Part shown: positions 1 through 9,182 of the stretch, in pieces
Layout of the letters: every line of letters begins with the position of its first letter
Numbering within the stretch: the stretch's first letter is position 1
Origin: an uncultured Janthinobacterium sp.
GTDB lineage: Bacteria > Vulcanimicrobiota > Vulcanimicrobiia > Vulcanimicrobiales > Vulcanimicrobiaceae
NCBI GenBank assembly: GCA_964658025.1
Contig: CAZZXB010000077.1
Coordinates: 1 to 14,325, forward strand
Direction of reading: 5' to 3'
DNA: 14,325 nucleotides
The notes under the pieces: generated by a model
The model's database searches: none
What the model was told of the DNA's origin: nothing
Seen by the model: the letters and a program-made list of their open reading frames with translations, nothing else
Program-made: the position numbers and the translations under genes

Positions 1-153
1 ACGCCCGAGCCGTTCTGCCCGGAGGAAACCCGCCCTGCGATCCCTCGCAAGCCCGTCGAGCGAAGGCCGCTCGAGCACGACAACGTCGCCGCAGCGTGCA
101 CGAACGGCCTTCCGCGCAAGAAACGCGGCGCGCGTCTTGAACGTTTGACCTCC

Positions 154-1008
154 ATGCCGTTTCGCACGGCACGGGAGCGATACACGGTCGCGCTCGCCGT
201 CGCCCTCGCGATCCACGCGATCGTCTTTCTCCTGATCCCGACGTCAACGCCGCCGACGCGGGAAACGCGCGTCGTCACGGAGCGGATCGCCCTCGAACGG
301 CACACGCCGCCGCCGACGCCCGCGCCGACCCCGCCGCCCGTCGTCCCGACGCCGAAGATCACCCCACCGCCGCGCGCTTCGCTCGCGCCGGTCAACGCGG
401 TCCGTGCCCCGGCCCCGAAGTCCGTCGTCCGCCCGAAAACGCACGTCGGCGGTGCGGCCGCGCCGCGAAAGATCGCGATCCGTCCGCCCAGACTCCATCG
501 TTCGGCGCCGCCGCCGTCGCTCGCCGACGCGACGCATCTCGGTCAGCAGAACGGCGGAGTCGGAACGGGCGCGGGGCCGGGTTCGGGCGACGGCGGTCTG
601 GGCGGAACGGGAACCGGAACGGGCGGTACGGGCACGGGGAACGGCGGACTCGCGAACTCGACGTGCGGCGATATCTATCTCATGCCGGCGGACGTCCAAT
701 ACAAATCCGACGGAACGGTCGTGCAATTCGTGCTCGCGAAACTCGTCGAGAAAAACGGCGACGTCCTCGTCGACAAATTTCCGTATCCGTTCACCTATCC
801 GGCCGAAAAAGACAATCCGTTCGCGCACACCAGCATCGGGGGCGCCGACGGCGGCATCCCCGTCCAAGAACCGCCGCCGGGCTCCGACATCACGACGTTC
901 CCGCCCGCGATCCAACAAGTCTTGCGTAACACCGATCCGTCGACGGGCCACACGTCCCTCGCCCGCTGCACGCAAGCCGACGACGACGGCAAGACCTCGG
1001 GGAATTGA
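154..1008 (+). CDS. Membrane-anchored Pro/Gly-rich protein with TonB-like N-terminal architecture and an unrecognised C-terminal domain
   Basis: The ORF track starts at TTG 145; ATG 154 is the alternative used here, and the frame is open back to position 1, so the start is uncertain. It has one N-terminal hydrophobic helix with a His (VALAVALAIHAIVFLLI), a Pro-rich stalk (TPPPTPAPTPPPVVPTP), a Gly/Thr-rich linker (GTGAGPGSGDGGLGGTGTGTGG) and a ~115-aa globular domain flanked by two Cys. Codon usage is coding-like. Confidence 0.7.
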   Translation: MPFRTARERYTVALAVALAIHAIVFLLIPTSTPPTRETRVVTERIALERHTPPPTPAPTPPPVVPTPKITPPPRASLAPVNAVRAPAPKSVVRPKTHVGGAAAPRKIAIRPPRLHRSAPPPSLADATHLGQQNGGVGTGAGPGSGDGGLGGTGTGTGGTGTGNGGLANSTCGDIYLMPADVQYKSDGTVVQFVLAKLVEKNGDVLVDKFPYPFTYPAEKDNPFAHTSIGGADGGIPVQEPPPGSDITTFPPAIQQVLRNTDPSTGHTSLARCTQADDDGKTSGN

Positions 1009-1024
1009 ACGACGGCCTCCGGCG

Positions 1025-1744
1025 CTACCGGCCTTCGAAACGCCGGATAGTCGCGCCCTTCGTGACGAGCCAGAGCGCGACGAGTACCTCGACGACGAAG
1101 TCCGGTAGGACGAACCATGGATCGATGATCGCATCGAGACCCGGAGCGAGGACGATCGCACCGCACGAAATCACGATGATCGCGGCGACGACGATATACG
1201 GAGCCGATAATGCCCGCGGAATATACCGCGACCGCCACAACAGGTAACCGTGCGTGGCCGCGCCCAGACCGAACAACGCGATACCGACGAACATCCCCGT
1301 GTCGTGCACGTCTAAAAATTGCATCGCCATGACGTGGCGTTGTTCGGGCGTGAATGCCGCAAGAAAACGTCCGCCGCCGAGATATCCCGTACCGACCCCG
1401 AGAAAATCCAGCGCGACGAGGCTCGCGACGAAGCCCACGGAGAGCACGATCGCGTTGGCGAAACGCCAGAACGCGCCGAGCAACGCGAGATGCGCGTCCA
1501 CGGGTTTCAAGAGCGCGTAAAGGGCGACGGCGAGCACGACGTCGCCATTGAGCATGACGAACTCGCCGAGGATGCCGATCCGAAACCGACTCACGTGCGC
1601 GACGAGATTTTGGGCCGTCGCCGAAGGGTCTCCCGAAACGACGAGGTGGTTCGACGCGACGCCGCTCGCGATGATGACCAGGAGCGCCACGCCCGCGACC
1701 CTCGCATACGTTCGCTGCGACGATTCGACGCTACGCTCGGTCAT
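1025..1744 (-). CDS. DUF4386-like multi-pass membrane protein
   Basis: 239 aa with about 6-7 hydrophobic segments. Motifs YARVAG, DPSATAQNL, FRIGI, ALYALLKPV, LLWRSRYIPRAL and E-x5-WLVTKG match my recollection of DUF4386 proteins. Confidence 0.75.
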   Translation of the reverse strand: MTERSVESSQRTYARVAGVALLVIIASGVASNHLVVSGDPSATAQNLVAHVSRFRIGILGEFVMLNGDVVLAVALYALLKPVDAHLALLGAFWRFANAIVLSVGFVASLVALDFLGVGTGYLGGGRFLAAFTPEQRHVMAMQFLDVHDTGMFVGIALFGLGAATHGYLLWRSRYIPRALSAPYIVVAAIIVISCGAIVLAPGLDAIIDPWFVLPDFVVEVLVALWLVTKGATIRRFEGR

Positions 1745-1994
1745 CGGTCGGAAGCCGGTTCCGGTACCGCACGGGTCCGACGTCGATCCGAATCCATCGA
1801 ATCGCCGGTCGCGACGGACGAAGCACGATCGTCGAAAGATCTCGGTCTCGCGAACCGGAACGGAAACCGGAGAGATCGCGAAGGGAATTTCACGTTCGAG
1901 CTACGTCGCGACCGCCGCAATGTTTCGGCCGCGGTCGCATCTCGCCATCGCGACGGAACGACGTGCGTCTCGTTCGTTACCCCGCCCGATCCGA

Positions 1995-2582
1995 CTACCG
2001 GCGGTACGTGAACGTGAGGTGCGCCGTCTCGATCGTGTGCGAGCGTAGCGCCGCGCCGAGCTCGGAAGCGTGCGCGTCGTTCGGGAGCGAGATCGTCGCG
2101 TCGAGCGCGTAAAGCGTCGTCACGTAATGGTGCGGGGGCCCGGGCGGCGGGCACGGTCCGTCGTAACGCGCGCGACCGTAATCGTTGACGATCGTTCGTC
2201 CGACGCGCGTCCCGCTCGCGCCGGCGTTCGCCGGAACGCCGCGCGCGTCGGGCGAGACGTCGTACAGACCCCAGTGCGTGAATCTCGCGTCGACGTCGTA
2301 CGTCACGAGCGCGAGACTCGCCGTGCCGCGCGGAACGTACGACCACGAGAAGGCCGGCGAGCGGTTTCCGCCGCGACACACGCTTCCGCCACGCCCCGAA
2401 TACACGGCACTCTTCGGTGCGACGGCCCCGTCGGAGAACGTCGCGCTCGCGAGATGCATCGATGCGGCACCCGCGCGCGCGTCCTCACCGATGCCGAGCG
2501 TCGCGAACGTCGCGAGCACCGCCGGAAGCCACGTGCGGAACGCGCGCCGGCGGACCCGCGCGCCGCTCCCGACCTCGCTCAC
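1995..2582 (-). CDS. YbhB/YbcL family Raf kinase inhibitor-like (PEBP) protein, probably exported
   Basis: PEBP motifs GGNRSPAFSW, SLALVTYDVDA..FTHW, NDYG...YDGPCPPPG-PHHY and LYALD are present, with an N-terminal basic plus hydrophobic signal-like segment. The GTG start overlaps the ettA stop (GTGA). Confidence 0.9.
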   Translation of the reverse strand: MSEVGSGARVRRRAFRTWLPAVLATFATLGIGEDARAGAASMHLASATFSDGAVAPKSAVYSGRGGSVCRGGNRSPAFSWSYVPRGTASLALVTYDVDARFTHWGLYDVSPDARGVPANAGASGTRVGRTIVNDYGRARYDGPCPPPGPPHHYVTTLYALDATISLPNDAHASELGAALRSHTIETAHLTFTYRR

Positions 2583-4249
2583 TTGATCGTGAGCGGCTTG
2601 TAACGCAGGCGATGCGGGCGCGACGCTTCTTCGCCGAGACGTTCGCGTTTGTTCGCTTCGTATTCCTGATAGTTGCCTTCGAAGAAATGCACGTGCGAGT
2701 CGCCTTCGAAGGCGAGGATATGCGTCGCGATCCGATCGAGGAACCAGCGATCGTGGCTCACGACGAGGATCGTTCCGGCGAATTCGCCGAGCGCGTCTTC
2801 GAGCGCGCGGAGCGTCTCGACGTCGAGATCGTTCGAGGGTTCGTCGAGCAGTAAGACGTTCGCGCCGCCCATGAGCGTCTTCGCGAGGTGGAGCCGGCCG
2901 CGTTCGCCGCCGGAGAGATCGCCGACGCGCTTCTGTTGGTCGGCGCCTTTGAAATTGAAGCGCCCGAGATACGCGCGCGACGGCATCTCGAACTTGCCGA
3001 TCTGCAAGATGTCGAGACCGCCGCTCACCGCTTCGAACACCGTCTTCTCGTTTTCGAGATCCTCGCGCGACTGATCGACGACGGCGAGCTTCACCGTCGC
3101 GCCGATGTCGATCGTCCCGGCATCGGGCCGCTCCTTACCCGCGATCATCCGGAAGAGCGTCGACTTACCCGCGCCGTTGGGGCCGATGATGCCGACGATC
3201 GCCCCCGCGGGGATGCGGAACGTCGCGTCGTCGATCAGCATGCGATCGCCGTAGCTCTTGCGCACGCCCGTGAATTCGATCACGCGATCGCCGAGACGAT
3301 CGGCGACCGGGATGAAGATCTCTTGCGTTTCGTTCTGGCGCTGGTATTCGTAGCTCGAGAGCTCCTCGAACCGCGCCATCCGGCTCTTGTTCTTCGATTG
3401 CGACGCCTTCGTGCCGGAGCGCACCCACTCGAGTTCTTTCTTGAGCGCTTTCTGGCGCGCGGATTCCGCCGCTTCTTCCTGCGCGAGACGCTGTTGTTTC
3501 TGATCGAGCCACGAACTGTAATTGCCCTTCCACGGGATCCCGCGACCGCGATCGAGTTCGAGGATCCATTCGGCGGCGTTATCGAGGAAGTAACGATCGT
3601 GCGTGACGGCGACGACCGTCCCCGCGAAGCGTTGCAAGAACTGTTCGAGCCACTCCACGCTCTCCGCGTCGAGATGATTGGTCGGCTCGTCGAGCAGTAA
3701 CATGTCGGGCTTCGACAACAGTAAACGGCAGAGCGCGACGCGCCGCTTCTCGCCGCCCGAGAGCGGACCGACTTTCGCATCCCACGGCGGGAGCCGTAAC
3801 GCCTCGCCCGCGATCTCGAGTTGCTGGTCGAGGTTGTCGCCGTCTTGCGAGAAGAGCACGGCTTCGAGCTTCGCCTGCTCGTTCGCGAGTTTGTCGAAAT
3901 CGGCGTCGGGATCGCCGTACGCCGCGTAGACTTCGTCGAGTCGCTTGCGCGCCGCGAGCACTTCTCCGAGCCCCTCCTCGACGATCTCGCGCACCGTCTT
4001 GTCGGCGTCGAGTTTGGGCTCTTGCTCGAGAAAGCCGATCTGCAGGTCGGCCATCGGCTTCGCCTCGCCGTCGATCTCCGTATCGACGCCGGCCATGATC
4101 CGCAAGACCGTCGATTTTCCCGAGCCGTTGAGCCCGAGGATCCCGATCTTCGCGCCGGGATAAAAACTGATCGAAACTTCTTTGAGGATCTGACGCTTCG
4201 GGGGGACGGTCTTGCTCACCCGATGCATCGTAAAGACGTACTGCGACAC
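2579..4249 (-). CDS. ettA: Energy-dependent translational throttle protein EttA (ABC-F ATPase)
   Basis: 556 aa with two ABC domains (GLNGSGKST / LSGGEKRR / LLLDEPTNHLD and GPNGAGKST / LSGGERGR / LLLDEPSNDLD) and no TM segments. It has the EttA-typical N-terminus (QYVFTMHRVSKTVPPKRQIL), inter-ABC linker (KKELEWVR) and C-terminus (PHRLRYKPL). An SD-like TAAGG lies upstream of the GTG. Confidence 0.96.
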   Translation of the reverse strand: MSQYVFTMHRVSKTVPPKRQILKEVSISFYPGAKIGILGLNGSGKSTVLRIMAGVDTEIDGEAKPMADLQIGFLEQEPKLDADKTVREIVEEGLGEVLAARKRLDEVYAAYGDPDADFDKLANEQAKLEAVLFSQDGDNLDQQLEIAGEALRLPPWDAKVGPLSGGEKRRVALCRLLLSKPDMLLLDEPTNHLDAESVEWLEQFLQRFAGTVVAVTHDRYFLDNAAEWILELDRGRGIPWKGNYSSWLDQKQQRLAQEEAAESARQKALKKELEWVRSGTKASQSKNKSRMARFEELSSYEYQRQNETQEIFIPVADRLGDRVIEFTGVRKSYGDRMLIDDATFRIPAGAIVGIIGPNGAGKSTLFRMIAGKERPDAGTIDIGATVKLAVVDQSREDLENEKTVFEAVSGGLDILQIGKFEMPSRAYLGRFNFKGADQQKRVGDLSGGERGRLHLAKTLMGGANVLLLDEPSNDLDVETLRALEDALGEFAGTILVVSHDRWFLDRIATHILAFEGDSHVHFFEGNYQEYEANKRERLGEEASRPHRLRYKPLTIK

Positions 4250-4260
4250 GACCGCAGACC

Positions 4261-5820
4261 TTATCGAGCGGAACCCGGCGCGCCTTCCCTACGACCCATC
4301 GTCCGCACCGCGACGAGCGCGGCGAGAAAGCAGAGCCCCGCCGAGAGGAGCATCGTCGTGCGGAAGCCCGCGACGTACGCGAGAAGGAGCGCGCCGCGCA
4401 CGCCGTCGCGATCGGCGACGGCGATCCCGGGCGGCAACTTCCCCGTGGCGAGCGTGCCACGTTCGCGCACGAGCGTCGCGGTCGAGACGGCCGAGAGATG
4501 GAGCGCGGACGTGCGACGATCGAACGATCCGTAGAACGTGGAGACGAGCGCGACGCCGAGCGCGGCGATCGCGAGCAGGCTCGCGACGCGCGACACGGCG
4601 TTATTGACGCCCGACGCCGTTCCGGCGAGTTCGGGATCGAGCGCGTCCATCACGGTCGTCGTCAGCGGCGCGGCGAAGAGCGCGCCGCCGCATCCGATCA
4701 ACACGGCCGCGGGAAAGAAGGTCGTCCAGTACGATCCGCCGATGCCGATGCGCGCGTACGCGAGGAACGCGGCGCCGGCGAGCGTCGCGCCGAGGGCGAG
4801 CGGAAGCCGCGGCCCCGTGCGCGCGACGAGGCCGCCCGACCAGCGTGACGCGACGAACATGATCGCGACGAAGGGCAGACCCGCCGCGCCCGCGGCCGTC
4901 GGCGAATAGCCTTGCACGTTCTGGAGATCGAACGGCACGAAATAGAACGTCCCGCCGAGCGCCCCGTACAGCAAGAACGTGTAGGCGTTCGCGCCGGAGA
5001 ACGTGCCGTTCCGGAAAACGCGCATCGGAATCATCGGATTCGTCGCGCGCAGTTCGCGTACGACGAATCCGGCGGCGAGCGCGATCCCCGCGAACGTCGA
5101 GAGGATCGCGGGGGTCCGATCGTGCGGGCTCTGGAGATCGATGAGGCCGTACGTCAGCCCGCCGAGCGCGAGCGTCACGAGGATCGCGCCCGGCCAATCG
5201 AGCGCGCCCGTCGACGCTTCGTCGCGATTCTCCGGCACGCGCGCGAGCGCGGCGACGACGACGAAGATGCCGAGCGGCACGTTGATGAGGAAGACGTCGC
5301 GCCACGACGCGACCTGCGCGAGCCAGCCGCCGAGGACCGGACCGACGGCACCGGCGATCACGCCGAAGCCCGACCACGTGCCGATCGCCTTTCCGCGTTC
5401 CGCGCCGCGAAAATACGCACCGATGAGCGCGAGGCTTCCGGGCATCGCGAGCGCCGCGCCGATCCCTTGCACGGCACGCATGAGGTCCAGGACGAGCAGG
5501 GTCGGCGCGATCGCGCAACCGAGCGACGCGATCGTGAAGATCGCGATCCCTCCGACGAACACCGCGCGCCGGCCGAACCGGTCGCCGAGCGCCCCGCCGA
5601 TGAGCACGAGCGCGGAGAGGAAGAGCGAGAACCCTTCGATCACCCATTGGAGCCCCGCCGCGTCGCCGCCAAGATCGCGACCGATCGACGGAAGCGCGAC
5701 GTTGACCGCGGTGCCGTCGATGAACGTCATCGCCGAACCGACGATCGCCACGATCACGACCCACGTGCCGCGATCCGGGACGCGCGCGTCCGGCGCGTTC
5801 GGCACGCGCGCGTACGTCAT
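4261..5820 (-). CDS. DHA2 (EmrB/QacA-like, 14-TMS) MFS transporter
   Basis: Motifs IDGTAVNVALPSI, MFS motif A GALGDRFGRR, RAVQGIGAA, GPVLGGWL...WRDVFLINVP and GTASGVNN are present. The start is placed at ATG 5820 (MTYARV), not the TTG at 5880 given in the ORF track. Confidence 0.92.
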   Translation of the reverse strand: MTYARVPNAPDARVPDRGTWVVIVAIVGSAMTFIDGTAVNVALPSIGRDLGGDAAGLQWVIEGFSLFLSALVLIGGALGDRFGRRAVFVGGIAIFTIASLGCAIAPTLLVLDLMRAVQGIGAALAMPGSLALIGAYFRGAERGKAIGTWSGFGVIAGAVGPVLGGWLAQVASWRDVFLINVPLGIFVVVAALARVPENRDEASTGALDWPGAILVTLALGGLTYGLIDLQSPHDRTPAILSTFAGIALAAGFVVRELRATNPMIPMRVFRNGTFSGANAYTFLLYGALGGTFYFVPFDLQNVQGYSPTAAGAAGLPFVAIMFVASRWSGGLVARTGPRLPLALGATLAGAAFLAYARIGIGGSYWTTFFPAAVLIGCGGALFAAPLTTTVMDALDPELAGTASGVNNAVSRVASLLAIAALGVALVSTFYGSFDRRTSALHLSAVSTATLVRERGTLATGKLPPGIAVADRDGVRGALLLAYVAGFRTTMLLSAGLCFLAALVAVRTMGRREGAPGSAR

Positions 5821-5928
5821 CGCGTGCGGATCGCGTCGGATGGATGCATGTGCTCTCGATGTTACGGCGAGCGCGAGCAAACCCCGTTATCTCGCGGATC
5901 CCCGTCGGCCGCGACCCGAGGGGCGGCG

Positions 5929-6354
5929 TTACTTCGCGGTCGTCGTCGCGGAACACGCCGCGAGCGCGCGTCCGACCGCACCGGCGCGCGACGCGTCGCC
6001 GAGTTTCGCGAGGCGGACGTGCGCGTCGGAGAGCGCGCGGCAACGAGCGCCCGGATTATTCGTATCGCCGTAGGCGTCGGCCGCGATCAATTGCAACGAC
6101 ACGGAGTCGCGCACGTTGCCGCACGCGCGCAGACGATCGGATCCGGCGACGGACGCCCGGAGCACCGCGGCGTCGGAGCCCGAGGTGAGGGCATCGGCCA
6201 CCGCCGCGATCGCGGCGCTCGTCGAACACGAGTCGGTCGTCGCGCCCGCGTTGGCCGACGTCGCCGCGGAGGCGCGCGACGCGTCGAACGTCGCGACGAG
6301 CGCGAACGCGAGCGCGACGTGCGTGGCGGAAAGCGTTCGGGCGAGCGGGTTCAT
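5929..6354 (-). CDS. Small secreted Ala-rich hypothetical protein with 4 Cys (141 aa)
   Basis: This is the 3' part of ORF 5929..7071. ATG 6354 is preceded by an SD (GAGGAA, plus-strand 6361-6366). There is a signal-peptide-like N-terminus (MNPLARTLSATHVALAFALVATFDASRASA) and four Cys in the mature part. Confidence 0.7.
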   Translation of the reverse strand: MNPLARTLSATHVALAFALVATFDASRASAATSANAGATTDSCSTSAAIAAVADALTSGSDAAVLRASVAGSDRLRACGNVRDSVSLQLIAADAYGDTNNPGARCRALSDAHVRLAKLGDASRAGAVGRALAACSATTTAK

Positions 6355-6398
6355 GGCGTGTTCCTCGTGCGCGAGCGCGCGGCGTGCGTTTGACGCAA

Positions 6399-6407
6399 AG
6401 CCTACCA
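6399..6407 (-). promoter_or_regulatory. Candidate extended -10 promoter (TGGTAGGCT) for the secreted-protein gene
   Basis: The minus strand reads TG-G-TAGGCT, matching TGnTAnnnT, about 45 nt upstream of ATG 6354 in the 86-bp gap after nitH. No -35 is recognisable. Confidence 0.35.
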
Positions 6408-6440
6408 CGCGACGGATGAGAAACCGCGAAGATCGACGCG

Positions 6441-7706
6441 TTAGCCGAACGCGGCCGTCCGCGATCGTGCGTTCGCAACGCGTCCGCTCGCGACGAGATG
6501 ATCGGCGAGAAACGCGGCGTCGCGGCCGACGCCGGAGAACCGTCCCGATCCCCAGGTGTGTTGCCACGGCAAGCCGAGCACGTAGAGCCCGTCGCACGAC
6601 GTCACGCCGCGCGTGTGGCGCGGATAGCCCTTTCCGTCGAAGATCGGCACGTCGATCCAGGCGAAGTCGGAAGCGAAGCCCATGCTCCAGATCACCGACG
6701 CGATACCGTTCGCGCGGAGATCGATCGCGCTCGGTCGATTCTCCGGGATCCAGACCGGTTCGTAGCGCGCCTCGAGCGGCGCGTCGATGCGACGCTCCGC
6801 GATGTAGCGATCGATCGTGTCCTTGATCCCTTCCATCACGACGTCGGCGCGGTCGAGATTCGTCGCGAGATCGTCGGCGACGCGGAGCGTTTCGCCGTCG
6901 ACGTCGAGCAGGCGACCGTGGAGTTCCATCCCCTCGCGCGCGAAGCGCCGCAGATCGATATCGCGACCGCCGTCGCGGCCCGTCACGTAATGGTTCGCGT
7001 TGCGTCGCACGCCCGTCCCGAGCGGATGCTGCTCCACGGGAAGATCGTAGTATCCGAGCCGATCGAGCCATTCGACGACGTCCTTACCGCGATAGAAGCG
7101 CGCCGTGCGCGGGGCGCTTCCCACGCAGAGATGGACGCGTCGTCCGGCGAGATGGAGGTCTTCGGCGATCTGACATCCCGATTGGCCCGTGCCGACGACG
7201 AGCACGTCGCCCGGCGGTAACGCCTCGGCGTTGCGATACGCCGAGGAATGGAGTTGCACGACGTCGCGCGGGAAGCGTTCCGCCATGCGCGGGATCTTCC
7301 CGACGTGATAGCCGCCGACCGCGACGACGACGCTACGCGCCGCGACGTCTCCGGCGGAACTCCGCACGAGGAATCCGCCGTCGGCCGCGGGCTCGAGCGC
7401 CGTCACCGCGACGCCTTCGTGGAGCGGCGGCGCGAACGATTCGGCGTAGCGTTCGAGATACCGCACGATCTCGTCGCGGACCATGAAGCCGTGCGGATCG
7501 TCGCCGTCGTACGCGAATCCGGGCAACGCGCATTGCCAATTCGGCGTGACGAGACAGAACGAATCCCAGCGTTTCGAGCGCCACGCCTCCCCGATCCGCT
7601 CGCGCTCCAACACGAGATGATCGATGCCGAGCGCGCCGAGTTCGTAGCTCATCGCAAGACCGGCTTGGCCGCCGCCGATCACGACGACGTCGCACGTCGC
7701 CCTCAC
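6441..7706 (-). CDS. nitH: MSMEG_0569 family flavin-dependent oxidoreductase (Nit1C NitH)
   Basis: It has the FAD motif [32 protein letters not shown], the second dinucleotide motif [33 protein letters not shown] and [17 protein letters not shown]. The real start is GTG 7706 (or 7709), overlapping the nitG stop. Confidence 0.92.
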   Translation of the reverse strand: MRATCDVVVIGGGQAGLAMSYELGALGIDHLVLERERIGEAWRSKRWDSFCLVTPNWQCALPGFAYDGDDPHGFMVRDEIVRYLERYAESFAPPLHEGVAVTALEPAADGGFLVRSSAGDVAARSVVVAVGGYHVGKIPRMAERFPRDVVQLHSSAYRNAEALPPGDVLVVGTGQSGCQIAEDLHLAGRRVHLCVGSAPRTARFYRGKDVVEWLDRLGYYDLPVEQHPLGTGVRRNANHYVTGRDGGRDIDLRRFAREGMELHGRLLDVDGETLRVADDLATNLDRADVVMEGIKDTIDRYIAERRIDAPLEARYEPVWIPENRPSAIDLRANGIASVIWSMGFASDFAWIDVPIFDGKGYPRHTRGVTSCDGLYVLGLPWQHTWGSGRFSGVGRDAAFLADHLVASGRVANARSRTAAFG

Positions 7707-8020
7707 CACATCGCGCTCAGATCGCGCAGGGGCGGCGGCTCGAAGCCCTCCACGCGGACGCCGCTCCCGGGCGCGTCGGCGAAGGCCGCCGCCTTCTTCA
7801 CGATGCGCGCGATCTGCGCTTGCGCGAGCGAGCACGGATGGCCGAATTTTTCGGCGACGCGCGTCGAGGCGATCTCGAGCGCCTCGCGACTCCGTTCGAC
7901 GAATTCGGAGACGCGATAGGTCTCGCCGACGGAAAAATATTCGAGCGCGATGAGCGACGGCGAGTAACACGTCATCACCTCGTCGTCGGGCCAGCGGACG
8001 ATGAATTCCATCTCAGGCAT
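7703..8020 (-). CDS. nitG: MSMEG_0570 family protein (Nit1C NitG)
   Basis: This is the 3' part of ORF 7703..8662: [23 protein letters not shown]...[27 protein letters not shown], the MSMEG_0570 signature as recalled. It is 105 aa, and the operon context fits. Confidence 0.92.
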   Translation of the reverse strand: MPEMEFIVRWPDDEVMTCYSPSLIALEYFSVGETYRVSEFVERSREALEIASTRVAEKFGHPCSLAQAQIARIVKKAAAFADAPGSGVRVEGFEPPPLRDLSAMW

Positions 8021-9182
8021 GCGAGAGCGCTTTCTCGGGCGGGGCGAGGGATCGATAGACGGCGACGTGGCGCGACGCGACCGCGCGCCACGTGTGCGCG
8101 CGCGCCACGCGCGGACCGCGCGACGCGATCGCCCGCACGAAGGCGGGATCGAGGGCGCGCCGCATTCCGTCCGCGATCGCGTGCGGATCGTTCGGATCGA
8201 CGAAACACGCGTCGCCCGGCGCGAGGAACGACGTGAACGGTGCGATCCGCGAGACGACGACGGGCGTCGCGCACGCGAGCGCCTCGAGGACGACGAGACC
8301 GAAGCCCTCGACGAGCGACGGGAACGCGAGCGCGTCGGCGGCGCGCAGGTGCGCGACGAGTTCCTCGTCGTCGAGCACGCCCGCGACGCGCAACGCCCCG
8401 CCGCGATCGAGTTCGAGTTCGCGGACGCGGGCGTCGAACGCGGCCCGATAGGCGGAGTGATCGAGGACGCTCGCGCCGCCCGCGACGACGAGCCGGGCGC
8501 CCGGCATCGATGCGCGCACGAGCGCGAACGCATCGAGCAGCGCGAGCGTGTTCTTCCGCGCCTCGATCCCGCCGATCGCCAAAAACGTCGGCCCGGAAAA
8601 CTCGAGACGCGCGCGCAGCGCGGCGCGCGCCGCGTCGTCGACCGCATGGAACCGTCCCACATCGACGCCGTTTCCGACGACGGTCGCTTCGACGTCGAAG
8701 CGGTCGCGCAGCGGCTCGCACCACGTCTCGCTCACGGCGCAGACGCGCGCGGCCGAACCGATGGCACGACGTTCCAACGCGGCGATCTCGGCATCGCGCG
8801 TGAGCGGAACGTCGAGATGGTGGACGGTTCGAACGTACCCCGGGATCGTTCCGCGCTCGGCGAGCGTCGCGAGCGCGTTTCCGCTGATCCCGTCCTGGGC
8901 GTGATAGACGTCGAACCGCTCGGACGATGCTTCGAGCGCGCCGACGTACGCGTCGATCCGACGCCGCACGAACGAGACGAGCGGTTCGCGCATCGGGTCG
9001 ACGAAGACCGGACGATACGGACAACGCGGCTCGCGCACGAATCCGCGCCCGTCGTCGATCGCGTGTAAGAGGACGCGGTGGCCGAGCGCGTCGAGTTCCT
9101 CGGCGACGGCCATCGTGTGCGCGACGCCGCCGCGCGGTTGCGTCGCATACGTGAAGAGCGCGATCCCGAGCGCGTCAGGCAC
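8013..9182 (-). CDS. MSMEG_0565 family glycosyltransferase (GT4, GT-B fold)
   Basis: Motifs IALFTYATQPRGGVAHT, YHAQDGISGNAL, RTVHHLD, GGIEARKN and FPSLVEGFGLVVLEALACATPVV (GT4 EX7E) are present. The start is GTG 9182, with an 8-bp overlap with the nitF stop. Confidence 0.92.
   Translation of the reverse strand: MPDALGIALFTYATQPRGGVAHTMAVAEELDALGHRVLLHAIDDGRGFVREPRCPYRPVFVDPMREPLVSFVRRRIDAYVGALEASSERFDVYHAQDGISGNALATLAERGTIPGYVRTVHHLDVPLTRDAEIAALERRAIGSAARVCAVSETWCEPLRDRFDVEATVVGNGVDVGRFHAVDDAARAALRARLEFSGPTFLAIGGIEARKNTLALLDAFALVRASMPGARLVVAGGASVLDHSAYRAAFDARVRELELDRGGALRVAGVLDDEELVAHLRAADALAFPSLVEGFGLVVLEALACATPVVVSRIAPFTSFLAPGDACFVDPNDPHAIADGMRRALDPAFVRAIASRGPRVARAHTWRAVASRHVAVYRSLAPPEKALSHA

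Noticed and set aside
1..144. Upstream in-frame extension of the first CDS, or the end of another gene
   Set aside because: The frame is open but the translation has no recognisable features, and it cannot be resolved at the window edge.
304..645. Short tandem-like repeats (CCGCCG.., GGAACGGG..) as a DNA repeat array or CRISPR
   Set aside because: They are explained by Pro-Thr and Gly-Thr codon runs within the CDS, with no constant repeat-spacer period.
5900..5926. GC-rich bulged hairpin after the secreted-protein stop as an intrinsic terminator
   Set aside because: The stem is imperfect and there is no adjacent U-tract on the minus strand.
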